This document shows positions 25,809-39,416 of a DNA stretch of 64,000 bases, in pieces (the first letter of the stretch is position 1; each line of letters starts with the position of its first letter). The notes below the pieces were generated by a model. That model searched no databases. It saw only the letters and a list, made by a program, of their open reading frames with translations, and was not told the origin of the DNA. The position numbers and the translations under genes were made by a program. Origin of the DNA: Octopus bimaculoides (lineage: Eukaryota); contig NC_069005.1 in the NCBI RefSeq assembly GCF_001194135.2, positions 15,962,669 to 16,026,668 on the forward strand. Reading direction: 5' to 3'.

Positions 25809-26105
25809 TACATACGTGTGTGTGTCATTGTATCTGTATCTGTTTCCCACCACCACTGAACTGATGTTGGTGTGTTTACATCCCTCTTCTGCTCCTCTTT
25901 TACCTTTTAATTGTTTCAGTCATTAGACTGTGGCCATACAGCAGTGCACTGCCTTGAAGAATTTTAGACAAACTATTCAACCGTAGAACCTATTTTTTAA
26001 AGCCTGGTATTTTATTCAATCAGTCTCTTTTGCCAAACCACTAAGTCACAAGGATGTAAACACACCAACACCAGTTGTCAAGAGGTGGTGGAGGAACACA
26101 CACAT
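25606..26105. mobile_element. Two SINE A copies (plus ~25606-25880, minus ~25900-26105)
   Basis: Homology to 27161-27570. Confidence 0.75.
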
Positions 26106-26500
26106 ACAAGAAATCAACTGAAGAGGTACATTCTGCACCAAAATGATTTTTCTTCCTTTACAAACATTGACTTTACCTCTTTTGTAACTCCTGGTACAAA
26201 AAGTTTCCTCATAAGATTTTCTATCAGCACTGATTTCCTCGACAAAGACCCTTCAACATGGAAGGATGATCATAGTTACAAAAGTAGAGTTGAAAAACTT
26301 AAGATGACAGTTGTTATGAATGATGTTGCAGAAAGAGGTGTCAGAATTACAATAACATTCTCAAAAAAGATGAATTTGTTTTACAGATTGTTACCGAAAA
26401 CCATAAAACTTACCCAACTACCACTAAATCCTCTCTTATGCAAAAATAATGTACAATGTTCAGTGTTCACATTATATTTTTGATTCTATAGGAATTATTG
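26100..26500 (+). mobile_element. DDE transposase C-terminal remnant (probably hAT-superfamily, hATm/hATx-like)
   Basis: ORF 26085..26483 FLDKDPSTW....Y...V...VVMNDVAERGV, a motif I recognise from invertebrate DNA transposases; subfamily assignment tentative. Confidence 0.6.
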
Positions 26501-27160
26501 TTGTAAATAAAAATGCATTTCTCTTATAGAAGTGCTTTATTTAGAAAACCTAATATTTCTCAAGTTTTTCATCTTATTTCAGGAATTTTTCAAATTAGCT
26601 CTTGGTATATTTGATTCAGAACATTTTTAAACATTTGTTGGGGTTGCCTGGATGTGACCACATAAACCTCTCTAAGAAGAAAATAGAAAATGGTGGAGAA
26701 AGGGAACAGTATGCCTCTTTTGAACAGAATTAAATATTGCATATACTTTGTTCCAAATTCAAAGCGTTTGAGGGTCGCCTTGCAGTTGTCCGATTAAACC
26801 AAAAGTTTGCACACCCCATTTTTTTTGTTTATTAGAACAGGATTAGGGGTAGGAGCAGCAAAATTTTAACTTTCGGAAAATTACCTACTGCTAAGGGCCA
26901 CTCTAGAATACATGTTAATATTTTTAAAAAAACGTTATGATGTGATTATGTGATTCTTTTTGCGTTTAATTCTCACCCTGAAGAAATATTTAACTCGCTA
27001 TTTCAAGATGCAATTTTTAATTTATTAATTTGTAATTGAATGATTTGAGTATGGAAATGATTGTAGGTAACAGAAAATTTTGACAATATGTTAATAAATT
27101 GAATTTTATTAGTTAAAACTCTCCATTTTCTCCTTACAATATATCATATATATATATATA

Positions 27161-27570
27161 GGCGCAGGAGTGGCTGTGTGGTAAGTAGCTTGCTTACCAA
27201 CCACATGGTTCCGGGTTCAGTCCCACTGCGTGGCACCTTGGGCAAGTGTCTTCTACTATAGCCTCAGGCCGACCAAAGCCTTGTGAGTGGATTTGGCAGA
27301 CGGAAACTGAAAGAAGCCTGTCGTATATATGTATATATATATATATGTGTATGTTTGTGTGTCTGTGTTTGCCCCCCCAACATCGTTTGACAACCGATGG
27401 TGGTGTGTTTATATCCCCGTAACTTAGCGGTTCGGCAAAAGAGACCAATAGAATAAGTACTAGGCTTCTAAAGAATAAGTCCTGGGGTTGATTTGCTCGA
27501 CTAAAGGCGGTGCTCCAGCATGGCCACAGTCAAATGACTGAAACAAGTAAAAGAGTAAAGAGAGTAAAAG
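27161..27570 (+). mobile_element. SINE family A, best-preserved full copy (tRNA head, CORE-like ccttgggcaagt segment, TA/TG microsatellite, LINE-like tail)
   Basis: A box tggctgtgtggt, B box ggttcagtccc; retains CpGs lost in other copies; about 25 homologous copies in the window. Confidence 0.9.
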
Positions 27571-27854
27571 ATATATATATATATACGTTAGTGGTCAACA
27601 CCATATATAAAAATATATATATATAGAGGTAAGTAATAAGGGATTACTTCAAGCATTTACTGTTCTATTCAGTTAGGTTTTCAAATGAAAGGATATTACA
27701 GTGAAGACCCTAAAGAAACTAAACCGGTATTACAGCAAAGCTGCAAGTGTAACAGTTACTAACTGATGTAGTGGAAACACATGCTGGTCAATAATAAGCT
27801 GTATTTAAATCAAAATGTAAATTAAAATTCATGAAATGCTACTTCATTATACTC

Positions 27855-27856
<2 letters not shown>

Positions 27857-27927
<71 letters not shown>
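27857..27927. repeat. (TA)n microsatellite
   Basis: Directly visible; one of many. Confidence 0.95.
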
Positions 27928-27929
<2 letters not shown>

Positions 27930-28261
27930 GACAAGCTTTTTCATTTTCCATCTAAATTCATTCACAAGGCTTTATTCAGCCTCAGGGATATAGCAGAAGA
28001 CACTTTTGCCAAAAATGGCATGCAGTGGGACTGAACCCAGAACCATGCAGTTGGGAAGCAAACTTCTTACTACACAACCATGTTTGAACCTGCTAGGTTA
28101 TCATCTAATTCAACAGATGAACTATGACTATTACTCATACTATCTCCACCAAGTAATGTCTCCATTACTTGCCTCAGTCTGATTAGCCGACAAACTTCCA
28201 GGGCTGATATGATGATCAAATAAGAAAGAACAAATACAGCAAAAACACTTCCCACAACTAG

Positions 28262-28307
<46 letters not shown>

Positions 28308-28682
28308 ATGCAACACATCCAATGTAAAATGGTTAAAAATAAGAAATACTTTGGGAATTGGTATCCAATTTCTATCTGATCATAATAGTCTTTGATATTT
28401 TTTTCCCCATTTTTTTCTTTTTATCAACAGTTGCTGGATGTTTCTAATTGACAGAATTAATGAGTAGAAATTTACCAAACAGCAACACTACATCAAAATT
28501 TAAGCCAATTTCCCTGATGTCTATCTGCTTGATGTATCAGAGAAAGTTAAGTTTCAACAGAAGTAAAAGAGTGCCATTGTTGTTTCTTCTTCGAAATAGC
28601 AATAGGCAGAACATCAAAGCAAGTTGATTGTGGAATAATAATGAGAGATCTGAAACATTAATCCTCCTGTAATTATAGATAG

Positions 28683-28683
<1 letters not shown>

Positions 28684-28756
<73 letters not shown>
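28684..28756. repeat. Compound (CT)n(CA)n microsatellite
   Basis: Directly visible. Confidence 0.95.
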
Positions 28757-28762
<6 letters not shown>

Positions 28763-29022
28763 AAACATAAATTCATACTCACTACATAAGCATAAATGAC
28801 ACACACACACACGCACAGATATAAAGATGCAAACACATATTCACCACATGTAAAACCGACAAACACAAACACACACACAGAGTAATTTTTCTAATTTTAG
28901 CACAAGGTCAGCAATTTTGAAGAGCGAGAAAGTTGGTTACATCCCTTCCAATACTTGGTTACTCTACTCTTTTACTTGTTTCACACATTGGACTGTGGCC
29001 ATACTGGAGCAATGCTTTATAG

Positions 29023-31890
29023 CAAGAGTGGGGAAACCCCTGCCTGCAGGTGCAATTGCGCCTGCAAGCCCATTGTATTTCATCCACAGGCTGATATACT
29101 TGTATGTACAAAATATAGTAAATTTTTCAATTATAAAATTTATACAATATCCGTGTGCCTATTTGTGACATAGGTTTTAGACTCGAACAGAGAATCGTCA
29201 TTTGAATGGAAATTCTGTTTTCACTATCATTCAACTACAGTAGCAGCTGAATAATATTCTTAATGCTGCAATTTACTCACAAGCAGCCTCTTTCAGAGCT
29301 TGTTACTAATTCAGTTCTTAACCATATTGAAAACTGTTAACATTTTTAAGAGGGCTGGTCCTTAGCTACATATTGTCATAAAAAATTAAGATTTGGTCCA
29401 GTAGACAAAAGTTTACATCAAAATTTGTAGCAATGTTATAGGAGAGTAAGTAACGCCTCCAATCAAGTTTAGATCTAAATAGCTTTTTTATTTTAAAAGC
29501 AAAATATATTTATCTTAGCATCAATGATAGAAGAAAGCATGAATAATTTCATAGTTTTGATCCCATGCAACAAAAATGTGTATCAAAAAAGTTGTAAGGT
29601 AAAATATCATGAAAAAAATGGATTTATGTATAATTAACTTTTTTATTTTAAAAACAAACTTTATTTTAATTAAGCTTAAATGATAGAGCTCAATTCAAGG
29701 AATTTCATGGTATCAGTCTCATGCAATGGGGTTTTAAAAGAAATAGTTATGAGTGCTTGTTTCTCAAATTTGAGGGTGATAATACAGTTCTATACTTTTT
29801 ATGAATACAGTTCTGTAAGGGACTTTTAATATATGTCACTGGCATCATTGAGGTAAGGAAAAAAATTTATCAACAACACCGTTAATTTGCAATTAGTTTA
29901 ATTACCTCATCTGTGTTAATTAATGCAATTATATCATAAAAATGAAAAAAATTAAAATATTATTTAGAAATTTTGGCAATAGTCTAGCCATTTCGGCAAT
30001 CTGTCATTTCAACTTGAAGGTGTGTGCGCACAGCTCAGCTGTTACCTTATGGCATTCAGTAAATTGGTAAATTCCGTAAAAAAATTTTATTCATTTATTT
30101 TTGTGAGTGGAAATGTACATTTTGTTTGAAGTCAGCATAAAGTGAAAAGTGAAAGAGAGAGGAAATGGACNNNNNNNNNNNNNNNNNNNNNNNNNNNNNN
30201 NNNNNNNNNNNNNNNNNNNNNNNNNNNNNNNNNNNNNNNNNNNNNNNNNNNNNNNNNNNNNNNNNNNNNNNNNNNNNNNNNNNNNNNNNNNNNNNNNNNN
30301 NNNNNNNNNNNNNNNNNNNNNNNNNNNNNNNNNNNNNNNNNNNNNNNNNNNNNNNNNNNNNNNNNNNNNNNNNNNNNNNNNNNNNNNNNNNNNNNNNNNN
30401 NNNNNNNNNNNNNNNNNNNNNNNNNNNNNNNNNNNNNNNNNNNNNNNNNNNNNNNNNNNNNNNNNNNNNNNNNNNNNNNNNNNNNNNNNNNNNNNNNNNN
30501 NNNNNNNNNNNNNNNNNNNNNNNNNNNNNNNNNNNNNNNNNNNNNNNNNNNNNNNNNNNNNNNNNNNNNNNNNNNNNNNNNNNNNNNNNNNNNNNNNNNN
30601 NNNNNNNNNNNNNNNNNNNNNNNNNNNNNNNNNNNNNNNNNNNNNNNNNNNNNNNNNNNNNNNNNNNNNNNNNNNNNNNNNNNNNNNNNNNNNNNNNNNN
30701 NNNNNNNNNNNNNNNNNNNNNNNNNNNNNNNNNNNNNNNNNNNNNNNNNNNNNNNNNNNNNNNNNNNNNNNNNNNNNNNNNNNNNNNNNNNNNNNNNNNN
30801 NNNNNNNNNNNNNNNNNNNNNNNNNNNNNNNNNNNNNNNNNNNNNNNNNNNNNNNNNNNNNNNNNNNNNNNNNNNNNNNNNNNNNNNNNNNNNNNNNNNN
30901 NNNNNNNNNNNNNNNNNNNNNNNNNNNNNNNNNNNNNNNNNNNNNNNNNNNNNNNNNNNNNNNNNNNNNNNNNNNNNNNNNNNNNNNNNNNNNNNNNNNN
31001 NNNNNNNNNNNNNNNNNNNNNNNNNNNNNNNTGACAACACACACCTCTTTCTTTCTCAGTCAATCACTCACACCTCACTCAGAAAAGATGTGAGGCAAAA
31101 ATAAATTTTAAAAATGTACACTGTCACTTTCTCTCTTTCACACACACATACAAACACAACAACAACAACAACACACACACCCCCTCTCTCTCTCACACAC
31201 ACAACACAAACTTAAATTTATTATTCAATTTTTAAAAAGGTAAAATCTTAAATTATTGACACATTATTAATTACCATAATAGCATAGCCTGGAAAAAACA
31301 TGGATTACATGGAAAAATGTGAGCAAGAGAAATAATATTCTTAAGATTATAAACCTGGAAAAGTACAGGACAAGTTATTACTCTTGGAAAAGTTCAGGAA
31401 AGGTTATTACACTTGGAAAAGTTTAGGATAAGTTATTACATCTGGTAAAGTACAGAACAAGAAAAATTTTTACTTTGCTGCAATATTTTAAGTAAAAATT
31501 TTCTTGTTTTATACTTTACCAGATGTAATAACTTGTCCTGTAATTCTCCAGGTTTATAATCTTAAGAATATTATTTCTCTTGCTTGCATTTTTCCATGTA
31601 ATAAAACACATATTGCTAGGTTTGTACCACCCCCTTGAGACCCATCTACACTAGCTGAAAAATACAGAAACCTCATAAGTAATATAAATGTCCCAAATTC
31701 AGTGGCAGCATTAATGAAGATGTTACACGTTAATTTAATGTGTTAAACTTATCTTTATTAATTTATATTGAATTATACATAGATATATACAAGATCTACA
31801 CAGATATAAGAGTTAGAACTTGTGATCCGTCCATGGACCTTTTCCTTTGTAAACTTTTGCCCACAGCACTAACAAGTTTCCCCACCCCTG
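29023..31890. mobile_element. Non-autonomous hAT element (~2.9 kb including a gap) inserted into a SINE-A copy
   Basis: TIRs caagagtggggaaac / gtttccccacccctg; 8-bp TSD ctttatag / ctttaaaa (6/8 match); SINE halves at 28965-29015 and 31895-32010. Confidence 0.7.
31304..31602. repeat. Foldback palindrome (~110-bp arms, ~15-nt loop, extra 29-bp tandem units in the left arm)
   Basis: attacatggaaaaatg...gagaaataatattcttaagattataaacctgga... and its reverse complement ...tccaggtttataatcttaagaatattatttctc...catttttccatgtaat. Confidence 0.9.
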
Positions 31891-32058
31891 CTTTAAAAAG
31901 TTAGCCAAGCAAATTGGTCCCAGTATTCATGTTTAAGTTTGGTACTTATTCTATCAGTTACTTTGTCAAGCTGCTGAGTTACAACGATGTAGACAAACCA
32001 ACACTGGTTATTCTGAGTGATGATGCCTTTGACTTCCTTCACACAAAAAATACCTTAA

Positions 32059-32275
32059 CCCTTTAACATTTAACTCAGCCATATCTGGCCAAAACATTCT
32101 GCCTGTTTAATGTTCAAACTGGCCCTGATCTGGCTTCTCACACATACCTTACAATGTCATTCAAAACCTATACAATCATACCAACGAAATGTCAATGCTA
32201 TGAGATAATGCATGATTAATTCAAAACAAGGTAAACTAAATAAACATTTGACAGAATAATCTGAAAGCTAAAGGG
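32059..32275. mobile_element. piggyBac-type MITE, copy 1
   Basis: TTAA|CCCTTT...AAAGGG|TTAA, 217 bp; homologous to 40309-40524 and 45837-46053. Confidence 0.8.
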
Positions 32276-32727
32276 TTAAGAGAAGGCCACAAGGTCATGA
32301 ACGTGGATTCTCTCATAATGCTTCTCATGAAAAATTTTTCAGCTCTCATCAAAATATCAAATGAACAAAATAAAAAAACAAAATTCAATTTGTCCATAAA
32401 TTAAAATTCTGGTTTTTATTACTTCCTGTAGTAGAATGCTTATGTGCTTTGAGGGAAGGGCTGGCATGAAACTGTCTGCAATCACTCTTATCAGCTAAAT
32501 ACATAGATACATCAACATTTTTCTTTAAGTATTCTGAGCTTTAGAATACAGAAAGATAATTGTTGCAAATGCTAAATTTATTCCAGGCATTAATCACAGC
32601 AACAAGATTTTTTAAGACAGAGGGGAAGGGGGTAAAATAAAAGAAAAAAGATTGATCTAATCAACTTATATTTTTGAAATGATAACACTACATACTAAAG
32701 AATAAGTTCAGCTTAGAATATTTTTAG

Positions 32728-33373
32728 CAGTAGTTCTCAACAGGGGTCAACATGGCCCTTGGGGTTTGGGAGGGGGGGTCTGTATAAGATTTTGCTGTTA
32801 AAATTTATCTTTTATCTTTTACTTGTTTCATTCATTAGACTGTGGCCATACTGGGCACTGCCTTGAAGTTTCAGTTGAATGAATTGACCTTAACACTTAT
32901 TCTATTGAGATGTTTTGCTGAACTGCAAAGTTAGGAGTCATAGGTACACCAAGAGCAGTTGTCAAACAGTGGTGGCAAGCAAACACACACACATACACAC
33001 ATGATGGCCTTCTTTCAGTTTCCATTTACCAAATCCACTCACAAGGTTTTGGTTGGCCTGAGGCTATAGTAGAAGACACTTGCCCAAGGTGTCACACAGT
33101 GGGGTCTGAATCCAGAACCATGTGGTTGGGAAGCAAGCTTCTTACCACACACCTACACCCACACCTTATCTGCACTAGATTTGTTACATTTATACAATAC
33201 ACAAAATATTTTAACAAATTTTATTTACACAATTCCTAATGATTTTTAATTATAAACTTTTTTAAACATTGAGTGACTTTTTTAAGCATCAAATGCTTAT
33301 TAGGATCCAATAAACTAAAATACGAATCAAAGGGAGCCATAAATAAATTTTTAAAAATGGTTGAATACCACTG
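32728..33373. mobile_element. hAT (Charlie-like) MITE interrupted by a SINE-A copy
   Basis: Termini cagtagttctcaac ... gttgaataccactg; SINE at ~32812-33165 inside; TSD not clean. Confidence 0.65.
32812..33165 (-). mobile_element. SINE A inserted into the hAT MITE
   Basis: Homology to 27161-27570; possible TSD ttatct. Confidence 0.8.
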
Positions 33374-34256
33374 TTCTAAAAGAATAAATTTTTATCAATA
33401 CTTTTCTTTTGTTCCCTCACCTTCACACTTTCTCTCCCATACACACTCTCACTCTCTCTTTCTCTCTCACACACACACACTGGTATGGCAGTATAGTTAT
33501 GACGTTTGCTTTACAACTAACTGATTCTTGGTTCTATCACACTGCACAGCACCTTGGACAAATGTCTCCTGCAATAACCATGGATTGACCATACTTTTTT
33601 AAAATGGAATTATGTAAACAAAGATTATACAGAATTTGCTGAAGTGGATTGTGTCTATGGATGGACGGCCTTCTTGTCACCAACCCTTACCTGTTTCCAA
33701 GTAAGGAAAATTTCTCCAGACATGTTTTCACAGAAGATTGGAAACAAAGGATACCGCTTGCATGACAGTGACATTTGCTTACTACTACTACATGAAGTTA
33801 AAGCAAAGAAACAGTAATACACATACACTCAGATATATATATATATATTATTCAAAGGAATTCCAACTCTGTCTGTTTTTTATGTTTTATTTATATTCTT
33901 ATAATATTAATGTAGGATATAGAATATGGAATATATAATATATATAGTAAAATGAAATGAAGTATTGATTGTCTTATTGAATAAATGAAATATTGAATAT
34001 TAAATATTAAAGGACTAGTATACTTTCTTGCATTTTAGCAGTCTTCAAGGTCCCATGTTGTGACAGGAATGTTTCAACTGTAGTTGACTGGCTGTCTTTT
34101 GTCTTTTATATACATTCCTGTGGACAGCAGTAGTAGTTGTTTGGCTATTTTTAGAGATGATGCCAAACCATTTTTCAATGTTTATTTTTAGAAATGACGA
34201 CAGCAGTACTTTTGAGAGATCTTTTGTGTTTTAGTTATAATCATAGTTATAGTTAC

Positions 34257-34291
<35 letters not shown>

Positions 34292-35171
34292 CACCTCTAT
34301 ATACACATATATCTGTAAATAATAATAATATTTATAAGCTCAAAGTTTATAAGCAATCACCATGTAGTGGGTTTTCCATGCATATGGAAAACCCACATTT
34401 TTTCTGTTAAGGGCTTACATGCCCTAATACTAGTCTATTTTCTGTAGTCAATACATGGCAATCTCTTATAAGCTTTAGGCTTATAAATATTATTATTATT
34501 TACTAAATTATCACTCATCACTGTTTCTCCATTTATCACAGAATATACTCATACACAGACATACACACACAACTATACACACCTGTCCACATAACTTAGC
34601 AGTTTGGCAAAAGAGACTGATAGAATAAGTATCAGGCTTTAAAAAATGTACTGGGGTTGATTCACTCAACTAAAGTATAATTCAAGGCAGTGCCCCAGCG
34701 TGGCCTCAGTCTAATGACTGAAACAAATAAACGATAAATGATATTAAGCAAATGTATGCCTACTTTCACCCAGCCTTGCATTACACATACACGCAGGCAC
34801 AGAATACCATGTTTATAAAGTAACGTCGAAGTAACTGCCTTAGATATATCTACAGCTAAAAGTATGAACCAAAGAAGGAGGCACCACATGGTAGTTTGAT
34901 CTGCTATAAACAGGAGCCAAATCTCCCTCAAATCTCTCACATCCTATTTATTCAGGAATGTGTCAGGATGAATGGAGCTTAAATTAGTGGATTAATTAAT
35001 TTAGAGTAGAATTAAAATGGCAAAGTGGATTATGAGATCCCATATCAGTGAGAAAATATTTCAGGAACCTAATTCCTAATTGCTTCTGTGTAGTGTAGCT
35101 TTCAAGAATAAGAAGGTCTTCCGGGAGGGAGGAGACTTGCATGCATGGAGAACTGCCAGTCTCCCTTAAAA

Positions 35172-35908
35172 TATGAAAGCAAAGTCGACCTCAGTGGAAT
35201 TTGAACTAAGAACATAAAGGCAGATGAAATCCCACTAAGTACTTTGTCCAGCGTGGTAACAGTTCTGCCAGCTCATCACTACTACTACTAATAATAATAA
35301 TAGTAATAATAATAATAATCCTTTCTACTCCAGACACAAGGCCTGAAATTTGGTGGGGGGGGGGGGCTAGTCAATTCCATCGACCCCAGTGCAAAACTGC
35401 TGCTAATTTTATTGACTCTAAAAAGATAAAAGGCAAAGTCAACCTCAGCAGAATTTTAAATCAGAATGTAAAGACAGGAGAAATACCACTAACTATTTTG
35501 CTTTATGTGCTTATGATTTTGCCAGGATTATAATAGCAACCCTTTCTACTCTAGGCACAAGGCTGGAAATTTGGCAGAGGGGGATAGTTGATTACATCAG
35601 CTTCAGTGCTCAACTGGTGCTCATTTTATCAACCCCAAAAGGATGAAAGGTAAAGTTAACCTCGGCGGAATTTGAACTCAGAACGTAAAGACAGAAGAAA
35701 TGTCGCTAGGTATTTCACCCAGTACACTAATGATTCCACCAGATCAGCACCTTAATAATAATAACCTTTTCTATTACAGACACAAGGCTTAAAATTTTGG
35801 GGGAGGGGAGTAGTCAGTTGGATCAACCTCAGTGTTTCACTGGTACTTAATTTATCAACACCAAAAGAATGAAAGGTAAAGTCGACCTCAGTAGAATTTG
35901 AACTCAGA
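35172..35908 (-). mobile_element. Four head-to-tail SINE B copies
   Basis: Repeated gtcgacctc.g..gaatttgaactcagaa heads separated by (AAT)n tails. Confidence 0.8.
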
Positions 35909-36667
35909 ATGAGATGCATTCAAAAGCTGGGTGGTTGAGTTGAAGAAGTGTACAGGGGAGCAGCAGGTGGGGGAATGGGCAATAGGCAACAGCTGTAAAT
36001 ATTGGGTAGTGTTGAAGGGTGGATGTAGGGAGTGATTGATAAAGGTTACGTAATAATAACTGAGGTTGGGACTCACAGAGGGGATGACAGGGGACCAAGA
36101 CTCCTGGTGGTTTACTGAGCTTGAAAAGACACATCAATCTAAGTAAAAGCGTGGTTGTACTTGCATACAGACTCATCCCCTGCAACCCTTTCTCTAGCTG
36201 AGCATCCCTAATCTAGTGGGTTCGTAGGTGTTGATGCCATGCAAAAAACACCTATGCTGGTGCGGCATAAAAGCACCCAGTACACTTTGTAAAGTTAGGA
36301 AGGGCACCCAGCCATAGAAACCATGCCAAACCATGCGTTAGGAAGGGCACCCAGCCATAGAAACCATGCCAAAACAGACAGAGAGCCTGAACAGCCCCTC
36401 AGCTAGTCAGCTGCCTAGTCAAACCATCCAACCCATGCCGTCCAACCGTCCAAAACATCCAACCCAACTAGTCAAACCATCCAACCCATGTCAGCATGGA
36501 AAACAGATATTAAATGATGATGTTTACAAATGAAAGTGAATACCCACTTTCCAGTTAGGAGATTAGAGGCAAGTAATTATTATGAGCTATTCTCAATTAG
36601 GGTTTGAAATCATGAATATTAGATCAGTAGTCCAACATTTTAATCCTTTAACCATGGACCATGTGCT

Positions 36668-36718
36668 TGACCTGGATTAATTGCGAATTAACTTTGACCT
36701 ACATTTGACCCAAAGTCA
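36668..36718 (-). promoter_or_regulatory. Cluster of nuclear-receptor half-sites including a DR5 (GGGTCA aatgt AGGTCA)
   Basis: TGACCT at 36668-73 and 36696-701, TGACCC at 36707-12, in non-repetitive DNA; function not shown. Confidence 0.25.
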
Positions 36719-37889
36719 TTTACAGCCAGCAGGGTCCAAGTAGTTCTTAAATTTAAAGCATATGGATTGTCAGTATCTTGAAGTAAATATCTAATATAAT
36801 GAGAAGATTAACTCTGTAATTAATAACGATTAATAAATATTTGTAAAATCGATAAAACCTCAATCTAACCTAATCTAGTCTAATCTAATCTATATCTGTA
36901 TCTGTCAAAATTTTAAATACTTTTGGCTTGAAAAAACAAGAAAGAAATCATTGGAAATATATTTTGTAGCAATGTGGGAATAGTTGAAATCAGAATTGGT
37001 CAAATTTGAAGGAATGAGTGGTGGTGGTGGTGGTGGTGGCAGAGAGTGATAAATGCAACAAAATGATATAAAATAAAATGAAATAAAACAAAACTATTGT
37101 CAGTAGAAATTTTCAAAGCTTTTCCAATGATTAGATCAATCAAGTTTGATGAATCTTTGGAAATTAGAAACAGAAAATAAACATTTTATTGAATGGAGTG
37201 TTTTATGCATTTATTCTGTTCTCTTCAATGAATTTGAACTGGTGAATGAGTTTATAAATTGAGTGTATGAGTGCACAGAAAAGTGCAGGTGTGCAAATGA
37301 ATGATTGAGTCTGTTTTGATGTAACACAGTCTAAAAAATATATATATTTTAGTAACAGAGGTAGTACTAATACCAAGAGGTAATATTTATCCCCACTTCA
37401 ATATGGATCTTGTATTAGAACAAACTTTACTGTGGTAGATACCACAAGAGAAACTCTAATATTGGCTTTTGGTGCATATAAGCATTCTTGTTTATATCGC
37501 TAGTGGGGAGATAAATCCCAAGAGCTACACAACAACAACCAAAAATGCCAACAAAAGTCAACTGAGGAGCCTTAAATACAGTCATTTGACTTGCTAAAAC
37601 TAGCAGCCAAATCATCATCATATCCCACTCTATAGTCATCAACAAACAAGAACGCTTAGGATGATTGATTATGTTTTTCTAAATATACTAGTCAAGATGG
37701 GGTGGCCATGGCTAAAACACCTTTGATCATAGGTTTTGCCCATACAGGGTTGGTTGACTTAAGGTTAAACAACTGCAACTAAAAGTACCAATTAAATACT
37801 TTGTTTGATCAGAAAACCTGAATGCCATAAATCTGCTCAGGCAGAACTAATTGGAGCTACCAAAGTAGAAGTAACAAGATCAAGAGGAG

Positions 37890-38220
37890 GAGGGGAGGAG
37901 GAGGAAGAAGAGGTGGTGGTGGTGGTGGTTTTGGTGGTGGTGGTGGTGGTGCTGGTGGTGGTTGGTAGGTGATGGTAGGTGGCAGTGGTGGTGGTGATAG
38001 TAGTGGAGGTGATGGTAGATGGAGGTGGTGTCAGTGATGGTAGTGACAGTGGTGGTGGTAGTAGTGGGGGTCGGTAATAGTAAGTGGTGGTGGTCGTTGT
38101 TGTTGTCAGTGGTCAACTGGTAGGTGATGGTGGTGGTGGCAGTGGTGATAGTAGTGTTGGCAATGGTGGTGGTGGTGGTAGTGGTGGTGGTGGTGGTGGT
38201 GGTGGTGGTGGTGGTGTTTG
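37890..38220. repeat. (GGT)n / (GGA)n low-complexity tract
   Basis: Directly visible. Confidence 0.9.
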
Positions 38221-38580
38221 CTTCGGCAATAAACCGGACTTTGCAATTTGATACCATTTAAACTACAATCAGAATAAAAGTGGTAAAGTAACCAGAAAAA
38301 ATCAATGTATGCAGTATATTTTCAGAGAAATATCCAAGACAGATGCATGAATAATTCTCCTTTTGTGTTTAATATGAGCTTCTGTTCCTTTTATTGAGTC
38401 TTTGTCTGCCTCTGTCTAACTTTTATTACCAACTTCTGGTTTGCTCTGTTGTTAACAACATCTTAACCCTGTTTCTTTATTAATTACAACAGCTTCTCTT
38501 TGGTTCCTTTTGCATTAGCAAACACACACTTGACTACTTTTATGAGTTGCTTGCTTTGTTCTGCATATACACTTATATAC

Positions 38581-38643
<63 letters not shown>

Positions 38644-39342
38644 GATAGGCATAGGTGTGGCTGTGTAGTAAGAAGCTTGCTTCCCTTGTGAGTGGATTTG
38701 GCAAACAGAAACTGAAAGAAGCCAGTTGTGTGTGTTTGTGTGTGTTGTGTCTGAGTGTCTGTGTGTGCGTGTGTGTGCACACACACACACACAGATACAC
38801 AGATGTGTGGAATTGGAACAGGTATGGTTGTGTGGTTGCGAAGTCTGCTTGCCAACTATGTGGTTTCAAGTTCAGTCCACTTGTGTGGTATTTTAAGCAA
38901 GTGTATTTCATGTTGACCAAAACCTTGTCATCAGGATTAGTCCGTGTATTCAATGGAGAGCCAGTTTATTATTTTTATTTTTATGATGATGATCATTCAT
39001 TTGTTTATGTTTTCAATTTGATGCTAGTATGGACTGGGGGAATATGTATCATTCCAGTGAAACATTCAGTTTCATGGAGCCAAATCAAAATTGTTTGACA
39101 CATATAACTCCTACTAAATGTATTGAGTGCCACTTTCTTTCGTTTGTCCACTCAATATATATATATATATATATATCTGACAGGCTTCTTTCAGTTTCCA
39201 TCCACCAAATCCACTCACAAGGCTTTGGTTGGCCTAAGGCTACAGTAGAAGACACTTGCCCAAGGTGCCACACAGTGGTACCATGTGCTTCCCAACCATG
39301 TGTTTGGGAAGCAAGCTTCCCACCACCATATGCCTGTACCTA

Positions 39343-39373
<31 letters not shown>

Positions 39374-39383
39374 NNNNNNNNNN

Positions 39384-39416
<33 letters not shown>

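Noticed and set aside
27161-27235. tRNA genes
   Set aside because: All tRNA-like A/B-box sequences are SINE heads continuing into SINE bodies; no complete cloverleaf.
37880-38257. Poly-Thr/His ORF
   Set aside because: Translation of a (GGT)n tract.
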